A stretch of DNA of 64,000 nucleotides. Source: Ascoidea asiatica JCM 7603 (taxonomy: Eukaryota > Fungi > Ascomycota). The notes below the pieces were generated by a model. That model saw only the letters and a list, made by a program, of their open reading frames with translations, was not told the origin of the DNA and made no database searches. The stretch covers positions 589,516 to 653,515 of the forward strand of contig BCKQ01000006.1 in the NCBI GenBank assembly GCA_001600695.1. The letters run 5' to 3'. The first letter of the stretch is position 1, and each line of letters begins with the position of its first letter. Below are positions 1 to 11,571 of the stretch, piece by piece. Made by a program: the position numbers and the translations under genes.

Positions 1-347
1 TAAATATGAAATCTTGTAATTTGAATTGCAGATAAAATACCAGAAACAATTAATGAAACTGAAACTAGATATTGTTCAATATCAGTATCTAAATTTGCAG
101 TAGAAGCGATAATAAGTGGTGGAGTAACAATACCAGCCAACATAGAAAGAGAATGTTGTAAACCTAAGATGAAACCTAATAATAAAGGCATATCTGAATT
201 TAAAGAAAAAAATGGTTGAATTGTTTTATTTTTTTTTAGAAAAGGTAATTGAGGTGTGAATAAATATTTATAATCATAATCACCAAGAAAACCTTCCTTT
301 GTGGTGAATTTTTTGATAACATTTTGAGATATTTCTTTGAAAGCCAT
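1..347 (-). CDS. Uric acid/xanthine permease (NCS2/NAT family, UapA/UapC-like), N-terminal part; runs off window start
   Basis: Manual translation from ATG at 347: MAFKEISQNVIKKFTTKEGFLGDYDYKYLFTPQLPF...PFFSLNSDMPLLLGFILGLQHSLSMLAGIVTPPLII...QYLVSVSLIVSGILSAIQITRFHI. Contains the NAT TMS1 QH motif and the fungal UapA-type N-terminus. Absent from the ORF track. Confidence 0.92.
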   Translation of the reverse strand, partial: MAFKEISQNVIKKFTTKEGFLGDYDYKYLFTPQLPFLKKNKTIQPFFSLNSDMPLLLGFILGLQHSLSMLAGIVTPPLIIASTANLDTDIEQYLVSVSLIVSGILSAIQITRFHI

Positions 348-781
348 TTTTGATGATGATGAAAACTTTTTTAATTGATAATATCCTTTTTTTTTTTTTT
401 ATTATGTTTTCAAACCTTTTATTTGGTTGAAAATATATGTTAAAGTTTAATTGAACTATTAATAATAATAATGATTGTTCTTATTATTATTAAATGGATA
501 TTCTATTTTTTTTTTTGTTAATTGTAGTTCCAATGTTTTCTAATTACTTTATAATCTTAAAAAAAATTATTAGATTTTCAGAAGGGATTGATATGATATT
601 TATATATTTGAAATTATTGAATATATTTAAATTGGTGAAATATTTTGAAATAAATCAAACTAATATTTAAATAATATCAAATAGCATAATGTGCTTACAT
701 TTTTTGTAAAAAAGGTCCAAAGCAACAAAAAATTAAGTTCTTTGAGTAATATGCAGTACACTGAAGAAATATTTTATAAGT

Positions 782-1856
782 GATAAGAAAACATTTTTTG
801 AAGTAAGTTTTTGTAATGAATAAAGTTTCAAAGTAATTTAAAGAAAGAATGGTTTTAGGACCGGTGTAGAAATAAAAATTTAATAAAAATAACAAAAATT
901 ATAGAAATTGCTAAAATACCCCAATAGCTCTGCAAACTAAGGTAAATGACAGTTCCTAATCCAGTTTAGAGAAAGTGTTTTTTCTCCCATTTTTGTTTTT
1001 ATCATTTAAAGCCATTATTATTAAAAAAAGAAAAGAAGAAAAAGAAAAGAAAGTAAATTTACTTTTCAAAGTTTTAGAGAAAATAATGAAGCAATATTTG
1101 AATTTTCACTTAAGGTCTTAGAGACAACCATGATTTATTTCCGTTATTGGATTAAAGAGTTTTTATGGCTATCAAAAACCCCAATTACTGCTTAACTCGA
1201 TAAGGTATTCTGGTACTTTACTTTTTTTTGTGTTACGAACGATTGAAAATCAAGTTTTTTTGTCAAGTTGCTGGATAAATGAAAAGTGAAATTATTTGTG
1301 AATTAAATGAAGCTTTCATTATTTGTTTTGAGGGAGAGTTTCAATGAGAATTAAGCGACAAATTTCCTCAAGAATATTAGGTCCCCAGAGTATATTCTCC
1401 TAAGATACTAATTTAAAGAATACTCAATTCATTTGAAAATTCTTTTAAAATAGTGAAATATCAGCAATAATATTGGTGTAGTGATTAATATTCCCAAAGT
1501 TTTTTCCGGGGTAGATAAAAAAATCATAATGGGATTTCGGCGAATCAGAAAGCAATCGAATATTGCATTTTCAGAGGGCACACAGCCCTAAAATCCTTTT
1601 AGTAAAACTTATTTTGGACCACTTTTTTTTTTAGGTGTAAAAAAAACACGATACTGCACTCAAACGCTGTATATGAATATAGGAACAAGGCACTAATCTA
1701 TCGGCCAGTAAGTTTGTGCTGTAAATGCACCCGTTCTATCAGGCTATCAATCATTGCAGAACAGCAGCAAACAACTCCCACAAGTCTAATTTTTATTACT
1801 TTACATTAATTGAAGGGTTTTAGCCAGCCAATCTGAGCGGGAATAGAAGAGATAAG
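782..1856. promoter_or_regulatory. Putative GATA (nitrogen catabolite repression) sites upstream of the purine permease
   Basis: GATAAG at 782, 1199 and 1851; Mig1-like TTTTTCCGGGG at about 1501-1511. Fits known regulation of purine-catabolism transporters; short motifs only. Confidence 0.35.
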
Positions 1857-4778
1857 CTATTGCTCATAACTCAAACACCTCACCGGTTCAGGTCACATGA
1901 CAACGGTGCAGGACCCTATCCCGAACCAGGATTCCTGATATGAAAGAAGGAAAAAAATATATTCGAAACTCCATTATTCAGACTGCTTGAAAGAAATTGA
2001 ATTGAGTGAAACTAAACTCACCAAAAGACTATTAAAAATCAGATACAAGAATGAACTGTCTTTCAAAAGGAATTTAACGGAGTTTGGGGTACATCTATGC
2101 TGAAAGAAAAAGCAAAAAAAAAATGAAATTTATTCAGCATTCAAATTTTGAAATTCAAAAACTTAGAAAAAAAAATTGTAAAAGATTTTGTAGTGGCATT
2201 AATGTAATGGCTTTAATGATCATTAAAACTATTCTGCTTTTAAATTATAGAAGATGAGGTTTCGTTTATTAAACCGAGACTCGATATTTCAATCAATATG
2301 GTAGTCAATTGATACATCAAAATTCATGAATATAAGTATTCTTGTTGATTCATGTACGTTATTTTTATAAGATTTTTCAGTTTGAAATATTGAAACAAAT
2401 TTGTCAGGAATAAGAACTTTCAATGGTATGAATATTCACTAGATTTTAATATAAAAAAAATATAATTTTTGTTTTTATTTTTCAGCATATTTTGACTTTA
2501 GCTTTTTAGACTTACAGTCCATCATTACGAAAAATTAAAACTAGTACAGTAGCCATTGAAAATTTATTTTTTACCATTGAGCATTTAAGTGATAAAGTTT
2601 TAATTTTTTAAAGATATTTTAATTACAATGAAACTAAATAATGAGTGAACTATACAGTTTCTTCGTATATAATGTCATATGCTTCACGTAATATTACTCT
2701 TAATTGAAAAAAGGTCTTTTGTATATTGATAGCTGTTTATTGTGAAATGAGCATAGTTCTGTATATTATTTAGTAATTTGAATTAGAACAAATGAATATG
2801 AATATCTTATGAAGATATCGGCGAACCTCATTATTCTTCAATTGAAATTAAATTATTTTATTTTCTTCTGCTTTTTATTCTTTTGTGATTGTGTTTTACT
2901 ATTTTAGGATTGACCATTCATTTAAAAAAATTAAATTTATTCTATAAAAAAGAAATAAAAAATTGAGTTATTTCTATCAAAAGTTTAAAATAATAAATGA
3001 TTTATCCTTTTTATTCAGAATTTAAGTTTCCTATTCGATTTTAAATAAAATACTTCAAAAAGGCTAAAAAATAATTATTATTTTTTGAAAAAAAATATTT
3101 ATTGAAGTGAAATAAATCATTTTCCGGTTCAGCGATGTCACGTGCGCAATTTTAATTTTGATTTTATTAGAAGAATTGTAGCTTATCTTTCTGGCTCACT
3201 ATTAACAACCGGACTTAACATTAATAGTTTTAAGCGTATATTAAAGAATTTATTTAAAGAAAATTAACAGGTTTTTGGTATCAAAAGAGAATTTGATAAA
3301 AGTAGCACATGACCGGCTTCCTCAACTTTCGACTGACTAAAAATGGCAGGCCGAGTTTTAAAATCAGAGGTGTATAATTTGTAAAATTTGGGGTTTTCAA
3401 CTCGAATATATGAATAAAAATACCATATTCAATCAAAAAAGTTTTTTTAAAGAATAGATGAGCTTTTTATGTAAAGCAGAGAGGTTAATTTTTTGTGTTA
3501 AAATCAAAAAACTGTAATGAGACTTTCTTAAAGAATTGATTTTCAACGAAATAAAAAAAAACTATGTTTGAGTAAAAAACAACTGAAAAAACAAAATGAG
3601 CTTGTCGCTTAAATATTTTTGCGTTTTAATTTCTCACGCGCTTTTGTTAATTGTCGGATCGTGATTAGGTTATTTTTCCTTTTTATGCTTCCGTGTACTC
3701 CAAAAAGCATATGTATTCTAACCCGATAGCCGACTCAATTTATATTACGAGCCGAAACTTAAACTTTAAGTTTGAAGACCCTTTAAGACCCTTTAAGACC
3801 CTTTTTTCAATGAGGCAATTACTGTATATTTAACAGCCCTCAATAAAATTCTATTTTAAATGAAAAGTAGAAGAAATTTTGCATTTCCTCTAATTTCTTA
3901 TTAAAAAGTTACTAATGCCAAATTTACTAAATTTTCTTCTGATATGCTTAACTTTTATAGGTCACATGTTCAAATTTATTGCTACGGAAAGAAAATAGCT
4001 ACCTGAAAGTAGACCCTAAAAAAGTTATTGAAATTAACTTTATTGATAAAAAGCATTGATTTTAGAATTTAGAAAAAAGCATTTTTTGGCTTTGAAAGTC
4101 TTGCAATAAAAAATTTGGAGTTCACGAAATATACCATAAACTAAGAAGCTTCAGGAAAAATTGTTCGAAAAATTTAAGATTCCCAGTGCCATTAGCCAGG
4201 TAATAAAAGATTATAAATAATAATATATCTGAATTTTTGCAGTTAAACTTCTCATTTCAAAACTTTTAAAACTCTATAGGATATTGCCATTTTAAAATTC
4301 TAGATTTTTTTTTTTTTTTTTGAAATAATAATATCTTTATTTTATTGATAAAATTTACCTTCCCTGTGTAAAAACTCTTTCATGAAAGAGAAGTGTATAC
4401 ACCACCGCTTCCTTTTGACCAATCAGGTGCCAGAAAACACTAAAATTTACAAACCTGGTATCGTTCCCTAAAAATGCTTTAATTAAGTGACTGTAATAGG
4501 GTAATGTTGAATAAAAATAAAATCTACATATCAATTTTGCAAATAGTTACTTGAATAGTAAAATAGTTCATCAAATTTATCCAATGAATTAAAGAATTAT
4601 TTCAAAGAAAAACATTAATTGATTAATTTTTGAGGTACATTCAATTAATGATTTCTATATTTAGGTCATATTAGAAATAATTAAATTATATTAAAAAAGT
4701 TATAAAATTGAATATAAGATTGAATGTAAAATTGAATATAAAAGTGAAATATATTAAGAAAAGATTAAGAAAAATGAA

Positions 4779-5880
4779 TTAATTTTTTAAAGCATGAGAA
4801 CGATTTTTATTTTTAAATAAAACAATACTCCAAATAATTGACATAATAATAGTACTTACAATAACTAAAACACTATATAAAATAATATAAAAACTAATTT
4901 CTCTTGAAGCAATATCATGAGCAAATTTACTACTTAAAAATGCTTTATATGAATTTTCATTTAAACCAGTATATGGAGCATAAATTTGTTTTGGACTATT
5001 ATAATAACTTGCAATTAAAAATTTAAAAGTTTCTGTTGAAAATAATTTAAATAATTTTGAATTTGGTATTCTTATCATTTCCCAAATTGGATAACCAATG
5101 AATATAAAAGATAAAATAAAAGAAGTAAAAGAAATAAAAAGAGCTAATTTCATTGGAATTAAATTAATTAAATTATTTTTACTTGCGTCATTTGAAGCTT
5201 GTGATATTGAATAATTTCTTTTTGAATATCTATTAAAAATTGTATTTGAAACAAATAAAGATAAACCACCAAGAATAATATATGAAATTATCATAATTAT
5301 TGTTAAAATTTCTTCAGTAGTTGAATAAAAAGATCTAATAAACATATTTATACAATAACCAATAACAAAATAACCATTAAATATTAATAAAGAAATAAAT
5401 AACATTTCAAAAGATTTTTGAGATCTTTTAATTAATAAATTTTTATTTAAAATCTGTTGATAAATTGCAGTTTCATCATCATCATCATCTTCTTCTTCTG
5501 CATCTTCATTAATTTCATCATCATCATCATCATCTAATAGAGAATGATTTAAAGATTTGTTTGAACTAACTTTTAAAACATCATAAAAGAAACTATTATA
5601 ATGTTGATAAGTTTTAATGAAAAAAAAAGCTTGAATAATAAATCTTAAGATTGAAATTGATAATATTGAAAAACCATATTTTACAATATTATTAAAAAAA
5701 GATTTATTTAACATTTTATTATAATAATCATAAACATAATAACAATAAGAAGATTGAGAATATTGAATTAAGATAAAAATAGATTGAATAAAAGAGATTG
5801 AAAGAATTATTGATTTTAATGCAATTAATTTTATTGAGAATGATTGAATTTGAATTTTATTTGAATTTAAATTTGAAATT

Positions 5881-5924
<44 letters not shown>

Positions 5925-8189
5925 GGATGAAGTTGAAGTTGTATTAATATTATTATAATTAAAATTATTTTTAAATTTAAATAAATAAAAATTTAAAAAA
6001 TTTAAAATTAATAAATAAGATTCACCAAAAATTATTGAAGAAAAATTAGATTTAAAAAATTTATTTGGAAAATTATAAAAAATATTTAAATTATTACCAA
6101 AAGAACCTAAAAATTTTAAAGGTATATTATTATTCATATTAATATTAAATTTTTTTAAAAAATTATAATTTAAAGATTGTAAGATTATAATAATTATTGA
6201 AAAAAAAATTGTGAAGATGAAAAAAATAGATTCAAATTTTAAATTTATTATATTTTTTGGAATTTTATTTAAATTATTTAAATTATTTAAATTATTTAAA
6301 TTATTTGATTTATTTATTGGAATTGAAGAATTATTTGAATTGAAAGAATTATTTGAATTTATTGATAAATCATTTAAAGGAATTTGATTATTAATTTGAT
6401 TATTAATTTGATTATTGAATTTATTTGAAATATTATTTGAATTGTTATTTGAATTTTTATTTGAAATATTAATTGAATTTTTAATTAAATTTTTATTATT
6501 AAATTGATTAATTTTTTTAAAATCATTTTTTTTATTATTAATTAAATTTTTAAAAAATTTCCATTCATTTAATAAAGAAGTAAATTTTAAACCTTTATTA
6601 AAATTTATTGAAATTTTTAAACTTAAAAAAATATTTAAAATTAATAAAAAAAATAAGAAAAATGAAAAAATTTTTAAAATAAAAAATTTTATAGGATATT
6701 GATGTATAGCTCTATTTTTAAAAATAAATAAAGATTGATGTAAAGAAATATAAAAATAGATTAAATTTAAAGACCAAAATAAAAAAAAAAAATAAAAATT
6801 TTCAATACAAATTAAATAATCTAAAATTAATAAAATTAATGGAGATAATAATAAAATTATAATTAAGAAATATGAGATTTTTGTAATTTGAAACATGTCA
6901 ATAAAATTTAATAAATATTGAACAAGCTATAAACATTATATGAGATGATTAATAGCTATATATGAAGTTCTCTCAATAAAATTTAATAAATATTGAACAA
7001 GCTATAAACATTATATGAGATGATTAATAGCTATATATGAAGTTCTCTCAATAAAATTTAATAAATATATTGGTATTAAAAATCCAGATAAAGTTAAAGT
7101 TGATCTATTTATATTAAATAAAAACATTAATTTTCTTTTTTGAATTGAAATACCAAAATTTTTTGAATTTAATCTATTTAAAAAATTTCTTGCAAATATT
7201 AAAAATACAATAAATTGTAAAAAAAAAGTTAAAGAAGAAATTGCAATTAAAATATAACTAAAAGATTTAAAAATATCAGTTAAATTTCCAAAACTTTGAC
7301 CAAATAATTTCATTTGAATATTATTATTATTATTATTTGGTTTATAAGTAAATGGAATATTTTTAAAAGAATTTGCAGTATCAGAATATAAAATTGAAGT
7401 AAAAATTAATATTAAAGATAAGAAAATTAATAAGAATATGAATAAAATATTATTTTTTTTAGATAAAGCATGTAAAGTTAAAATTAATTGATAAATTTTA
7501 GCATATATTAAAATTATAGTTGGTAAAAAAATATCAAAGGCTGTTGAGATTGTATTTGAAGATGAAGATGAAGATGAAGAAGAGGTATAATTTGTTAAAT
7601 AAAATGGTTTAAATAAAAAATTTGAAGTTACACCATAAGTTGTATCAATATAAGTATTTGCTAAATATATAATTTTAATTAAAATGAATAATTGAAAAGG
7701 TAAAGAAATTATAATATTTGCAATTGAAATAAAAGCAATAAATCTTAAAATTCTATTTTCACCAGTTGATTTTTGATTTTCATTATTTGAAATTAAAATA
7801 TTTGAAGAAGAATATTTTTGATCATTTGAATTAGATTTATTATTGTCTTTGTTATTGATAGTATTAAGTATTGGATTTTTTAAAAAATTAGAATCATTTT
7901 TAAATTCATTAATGAAAAAATTATCTGAATTTTGAAAATTATTATTAAATTTATTTAAATCATTATCTAAATTAATATTAAAAAAATCATCATCATCATT
8001 ATCTTTTTCCAATTCTTTTTCCAATTCTTTTCTTTGTTGTTTATTTATTGAATTGGAAGTAATGATTTCATTTGAATTATTATTTAAATTTAAATTATTC
8101 CTATTTCTTATTCTTTGAAATTGAATAAAAGATTCATTATCGTTGGATTCATGGATATCATTATGATCCATCAGATTCAGATTCATCAT
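4779..8189 (-). pseudogene. Multi-pass membrane protein (UPF0658/Golgi membrane protein-like, apparently two tandem domains) interrupted by a 150-bp insertion; seen as ORFs 7011..8189 and 4779..6896
   Basis: The two ORFs are in the same frame (8189-6896=1293=431 codons). Removing 150 nt between direct repeats gives one 1086-aa ORF reading ...FLIPIYLLNFIDMFQITK... Motifs YQLILTLHALSKKN and FGISIQKRKL...TLTLSGFL resemble UPF0658 from memory. Confidence 0.6.
6898..7068. repeat. Perfect 75-bp tandem repeat (2 full units plus 21 bp): 21-bp repeat / 54-bp insert / 21-bp repeat / 54-bp insert / 21-bp repeat
   Basis: TCAATAAAATTTAATAAATAT at 6898, 6973 and 7048, separated by identical TGAACAAGCTATAAACATTATATGAGATGATTAATAGCTATATATGAAGTTCTC. 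Confidence 0.97.
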
Positions 8190-8227
8190 TTTGGATTGAT
8201 TGAAGGTCCAACTGTTGTTATTGATGA

Positions 8228-8265
<38 letters not shown>

Positions 8266-8906
8266 AGAAGAAGAAGAAGAAGAAGAAAGTGATAAAGAAG
8301 GAAGAGAAAGAAGAGAAAGAGAAAGAGAAAGAGTGTTGTTTATATCTGATCTCATTCCCGGCGGCAGCAGACAATCAAGATATACCATACACCACTCCAC
8401 AGCCACAACGAGGCCCATTGCTCTGTTCCTGCATCGTGGTTGAATTGCAAAGTAACAACACTCCACCACAGGTACACGTACACGTACACACTCTACTCTC
8501 TACCACCACCACTACTTCTACACTACTTCTACACTACTTCTTCACTTCTTCCTCCTCTTCTTCTTCAAATCTCCTGGGGCGTGGTAGAACACTGCTTGGC
8601 GGCGTGGCGGTGTCGGGGAGTGCGAGGGGGCGAGTGTGGCCGTGCCCTGCCTCTTTCTCTTCTTTCTCTTCTAATGGTGAATATACTACTTTTATTACTT
8701 TTATTACTTTTTACTATTTTACTATTTTATTACTGTTACTGTTACTGTTACTGTTATTCCTATCTCAGATATCGTATTTATATTCTCAAATATCCCAATC
8801 TGACTCAATTATTCATTCGTTTATTCATTCATTCATTCATTCATTCAATTATTCAATAACTTCTTAAGATAACTTCTTAAGATAACTTCTTCAATACATA
8901 ATCACA

Positions 8907-10388
8907 ATGAAATTATATTCAATATTTTCAATTTTATTATTCTTAATATATTTTGTATTTGGAAATATAAATAATAATATAATTAAAATTCCAATAATTT
9001 CAATAAATTCTAAATTAATTCAAAATCCTTCAATAATTATAACAAATATATCTTTATATGATTTAAAAAATGATAAAATTTTATTAAATTTTAAAACTAA
9101 AATTTCTACAAGAAATTCAGATTCTTTTTTTATCTTAAAACCAAATTCAAATTCAGATTTAGATTCTTCTTCTAATTTAAATTCTGATTTAAATTCTGAT
9201 TTAAATTATTTATTAAATAATTATAATTATTTCTCAAATAATTCTTTATTTAATAATTATTTAATACCAAATATCTCAGTTTCAAATATTTTATTTCCTG
9301 AAATTAATTATTCAAATTATTTTTGGTTTTATTATTCAAATTTTAAATTAAATAATAATATTATTTTAAATAATTTTTCATTTAATTTAATTGATATTAA
9401 TACCAATAACAATAACAATAACAATAATGATTTAAAAAATTATTATAATCAATTATCATTTAATCCAAATTTCTCAAATTCTTCAATAAATTTAAATAAA
9501 ATTAATTATAATAATTTATTACAATCAATCTCAAATACTTCTTTAAATAATTATTCAAATATTATTCAAATTAAATTTAATCAATTAGGTAATTCTGGTA
9601 ACCTTTCAATAACAAATTCAATCTCAAATTTAAATTTAAATTCAAATCTTAACTCTTCATCATCATATCTTTCAACAAATTTATTAAATTCTTCAAATAA
9701 TTTAAATTTAATTAATTCAAATTTTGATAAAAATTCAAAAGGTAATTTTATTAATATTCATTCTTTATATATTAATCATAAAATTTATGATTCAAATAAA
9801 ATTATTCATACATATAAAATTCCAATTTTTAATATTCAAGATAATATTCAAGATAATATTCAAGATAATGATAATAATTTATATAATACAAATAATTTAA
9901 AATTAAATATTGATATTGATAATTATGAATTTTCATTACCTGAAACTTATTTTAATTATATTTTAAATTTTTATCAAGCTAATTTTAATAAAACTTTAAA
10001 TTCTTATACTTTTGATTGTAATTTATTTAATTCAAATTTAGATACTTTAAATATTCAAATATCTGGTAATAATTTATTAAATAATTTAACTTTAACAACA
10101 AAAACAATAAAAACAATTTCAATACCTTTAAATAATTTTATAAATATTAATAATTATTCAATTTTAAATGAAACTAATTTCTTAAATACTTCTAAATCAA
10201 ATTATAATTTAATTCAATCTAAAATTTGTTATTTTGATAATTTAAAATTTAAAAAAATTATTAATAATAATATTAATAATTTAAATTATGGTACAATTGG
10301 TCAAATTTTTTTAAAATCAATTGATTCAATCTATGATTTTAATTCAAATTCTTTTATTTTTAATCAATTATATAATAATTCTTCTTAA
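8907..10388 (+). CDS. Secreted pepsin-fold (A1, yapsin/Sap-like) protein with degenerate catalytic motifs
   Basis: Signal peptide MKLYSIFSILLFLIYFVFG. C-lobe pattern IDIDNYEFSLPETYFNYILNFYQANFNKTLNSYTFDCN and terminal GTIGQIFLKSIDSIYDFNSNSF match the A1 layout (LDSGT...LP...YxxDC; ILGDxFLRxxYxVYD). Confidence 0.6.
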   Translation: MKLYSIFSILLFLIYFVFGNINNNIIKIPIISINSKLIQNPSIIITNISLYDLKNDKILLNFKTKISTRNSDSFFILKPNSNSDLDSSSNLNSDLNSDLNYLLNNYNYFSNNSLFNNYLIPNISVSNILFPEINYSNYFWFYYSNFKLNNNIILNNFSFNLIDINTNNNNNNNNDLKNYYNQLSFNPNFSNSSINLNKINYNNLLQSISNTSLNNYSNIIQIKFNQLGNSGNLSITNSISNLNLNSNLNSSSSYLSTNLLNSSNNLNLINSNFDKNSKGNFINIHSLYINHKIYDSNKIIHTYKIPIFNIQDNIQDNIQDNDNNLYNTNNLKLNIDIDNYEFSLPETYFNYILNFYQANFNKTLNSYTFDCNLFNSNLDTLNIQISGNNLLNNLTLTTKTIKTISIPLNNFININNYSILNETNFLNTSKSNYNLIQSKICYFDNLKFKKIINNNINNLNYGTIGQIFLKSIDSIYDFNSNSFIFNQLYNNSS

Positions 10389-10703
10389 TTCTCATTTCTC
10401 TTCATCTTCATCTTCATCTTCCTATTCTTATTCTTATTCTTATTCTTTATTTAATAAATAATTTTATTCTTTATTCTTTATTATAAAAATATATAATTTA
10501 CTATATATATTTAAATATTACGTAATGTATTATATAATCAAGTTTCCATTGATATGGATTCAATGCACTAGTACATGTAACTACACCCGTGTGCATTCAA
10601 TAAATTTAATTAAACCTTTATTTATTTATTTATTTATTTATTTCTATTCAATTACTTCCTTAATACATCAATCAATCATTTATTTTGTTAATACATTAGA
10701 GAA

Positions 10704-11306
10704 ATGTCAGAATTAAAGTTTTGTACTGTTTGTGCTTCAAATCAAAATCGTTCAATGGAAGCTCATAGAGTTTTAAAAGATGCTGGTTTTAATGTTTCTT
10801 CATATGGTACTGGTTCTGCTGTTAGATTACCTGGTTCAAGTATTGATAAACCAAATATTTATTCTTTTGGTACTCCATATGATAAAATTTATAAAGAATT
10901 ACAATCTCAAAATTTTAAATTATATCAACAAAATGGTTTATTAAAAATGTTAGATAGAAATAGAAAAATAAAATTATTTCCAGAAAAATTTCAAGATAAT
11001 AATTTAAAATTTTTTGATTTTATTATAACTTGTGAAGAAAGATGTTATGATTCTGTAATTGAAGATTTATTTAATAAAAATTTAAATAAAAATAAATTAG
11101 TTCATATTATTAATATTGATATTAAAGATGATAATGAAAATGCAATTATTGGTGCTCAAGCTATTTTAAATTTAGTTAAAAGATTATCAAATTATTCAAA
11201 ATTAAATTCATTTATTTCTTTTGAAAATAAAATTTTTGATATTATTTCTCAATGGCAAATTGATTATCCAAATTTACCTTGCTTATATAGTAATTTATTC
11301 TATTAA
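10704..11306 (+). CDS. SSU72: RNA polymerase II CTD phosphatase Ssu72
   Basis: VCASNQNRSMEAH catalytic CX5R motif, SYGTGSAVRLPG, TCEERCYD. Confidence 0.98.
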   Translation: MSELKFCTVCASNQNRSMEAHRVLKDAGFNVSSYGTGSAVRLPGSSIDKPNIYSFGTPYDKIYKELQSQNFKLYQQNGLLKMLDRNRKIKLFPEKFQDNNLKFFDFIITCEERCYDSVIEDLFNKNLNKNKLVHIINIDIKDDNENAIIGAQAILNLVKRLSNYSKLNSFISFENKIFDIISQWQIDYPNLPCLYSNLFY

Positions 11307-11571
11307 AGAATATATATTCTTAAATTACTTCATTCAAATATGTATAATAGCTTCTTTTTATTAAAAAAAATTATATTTAATAATCTCATTCAAAATCAAT
11401 TAATAAAATATGTTAATAAAAATATTTATTTAATTAAAGGTAACTAAAAAATTAATTAAAAAAAAAAATTCATAAAATAATAAAAATGTTCATAAAGTTA
11501 ATTAAATATTAGAAATAATTGGAAAATAGAAAATAAAAATTAAAAAATAAATAAAATCGGAAACATTATTT

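Noticed and set aside
3137-3230. Point centromere starting at CDEI-like GTCACGTG
   Set aside because: No >90% AT CDEII of suitable length and no CDEIII TTCCGAA; more likely a Cbf1-type promoter site.
6898-7068. CRISPR-like repeat/spacer array
   Set aside because: Eukaryotic context, identical 'spacers', the repeat is part of the host reading frame, and there are no cas genes.
8186-8867. Stack of overlapping short ORFs (also 14900-15383, 52470-52914, 55555-55927)
   Set aside because: Products of microsatellites and GC-rich promoter patches with few stops; non-ATG starts, low complexity and atypical codon usage.
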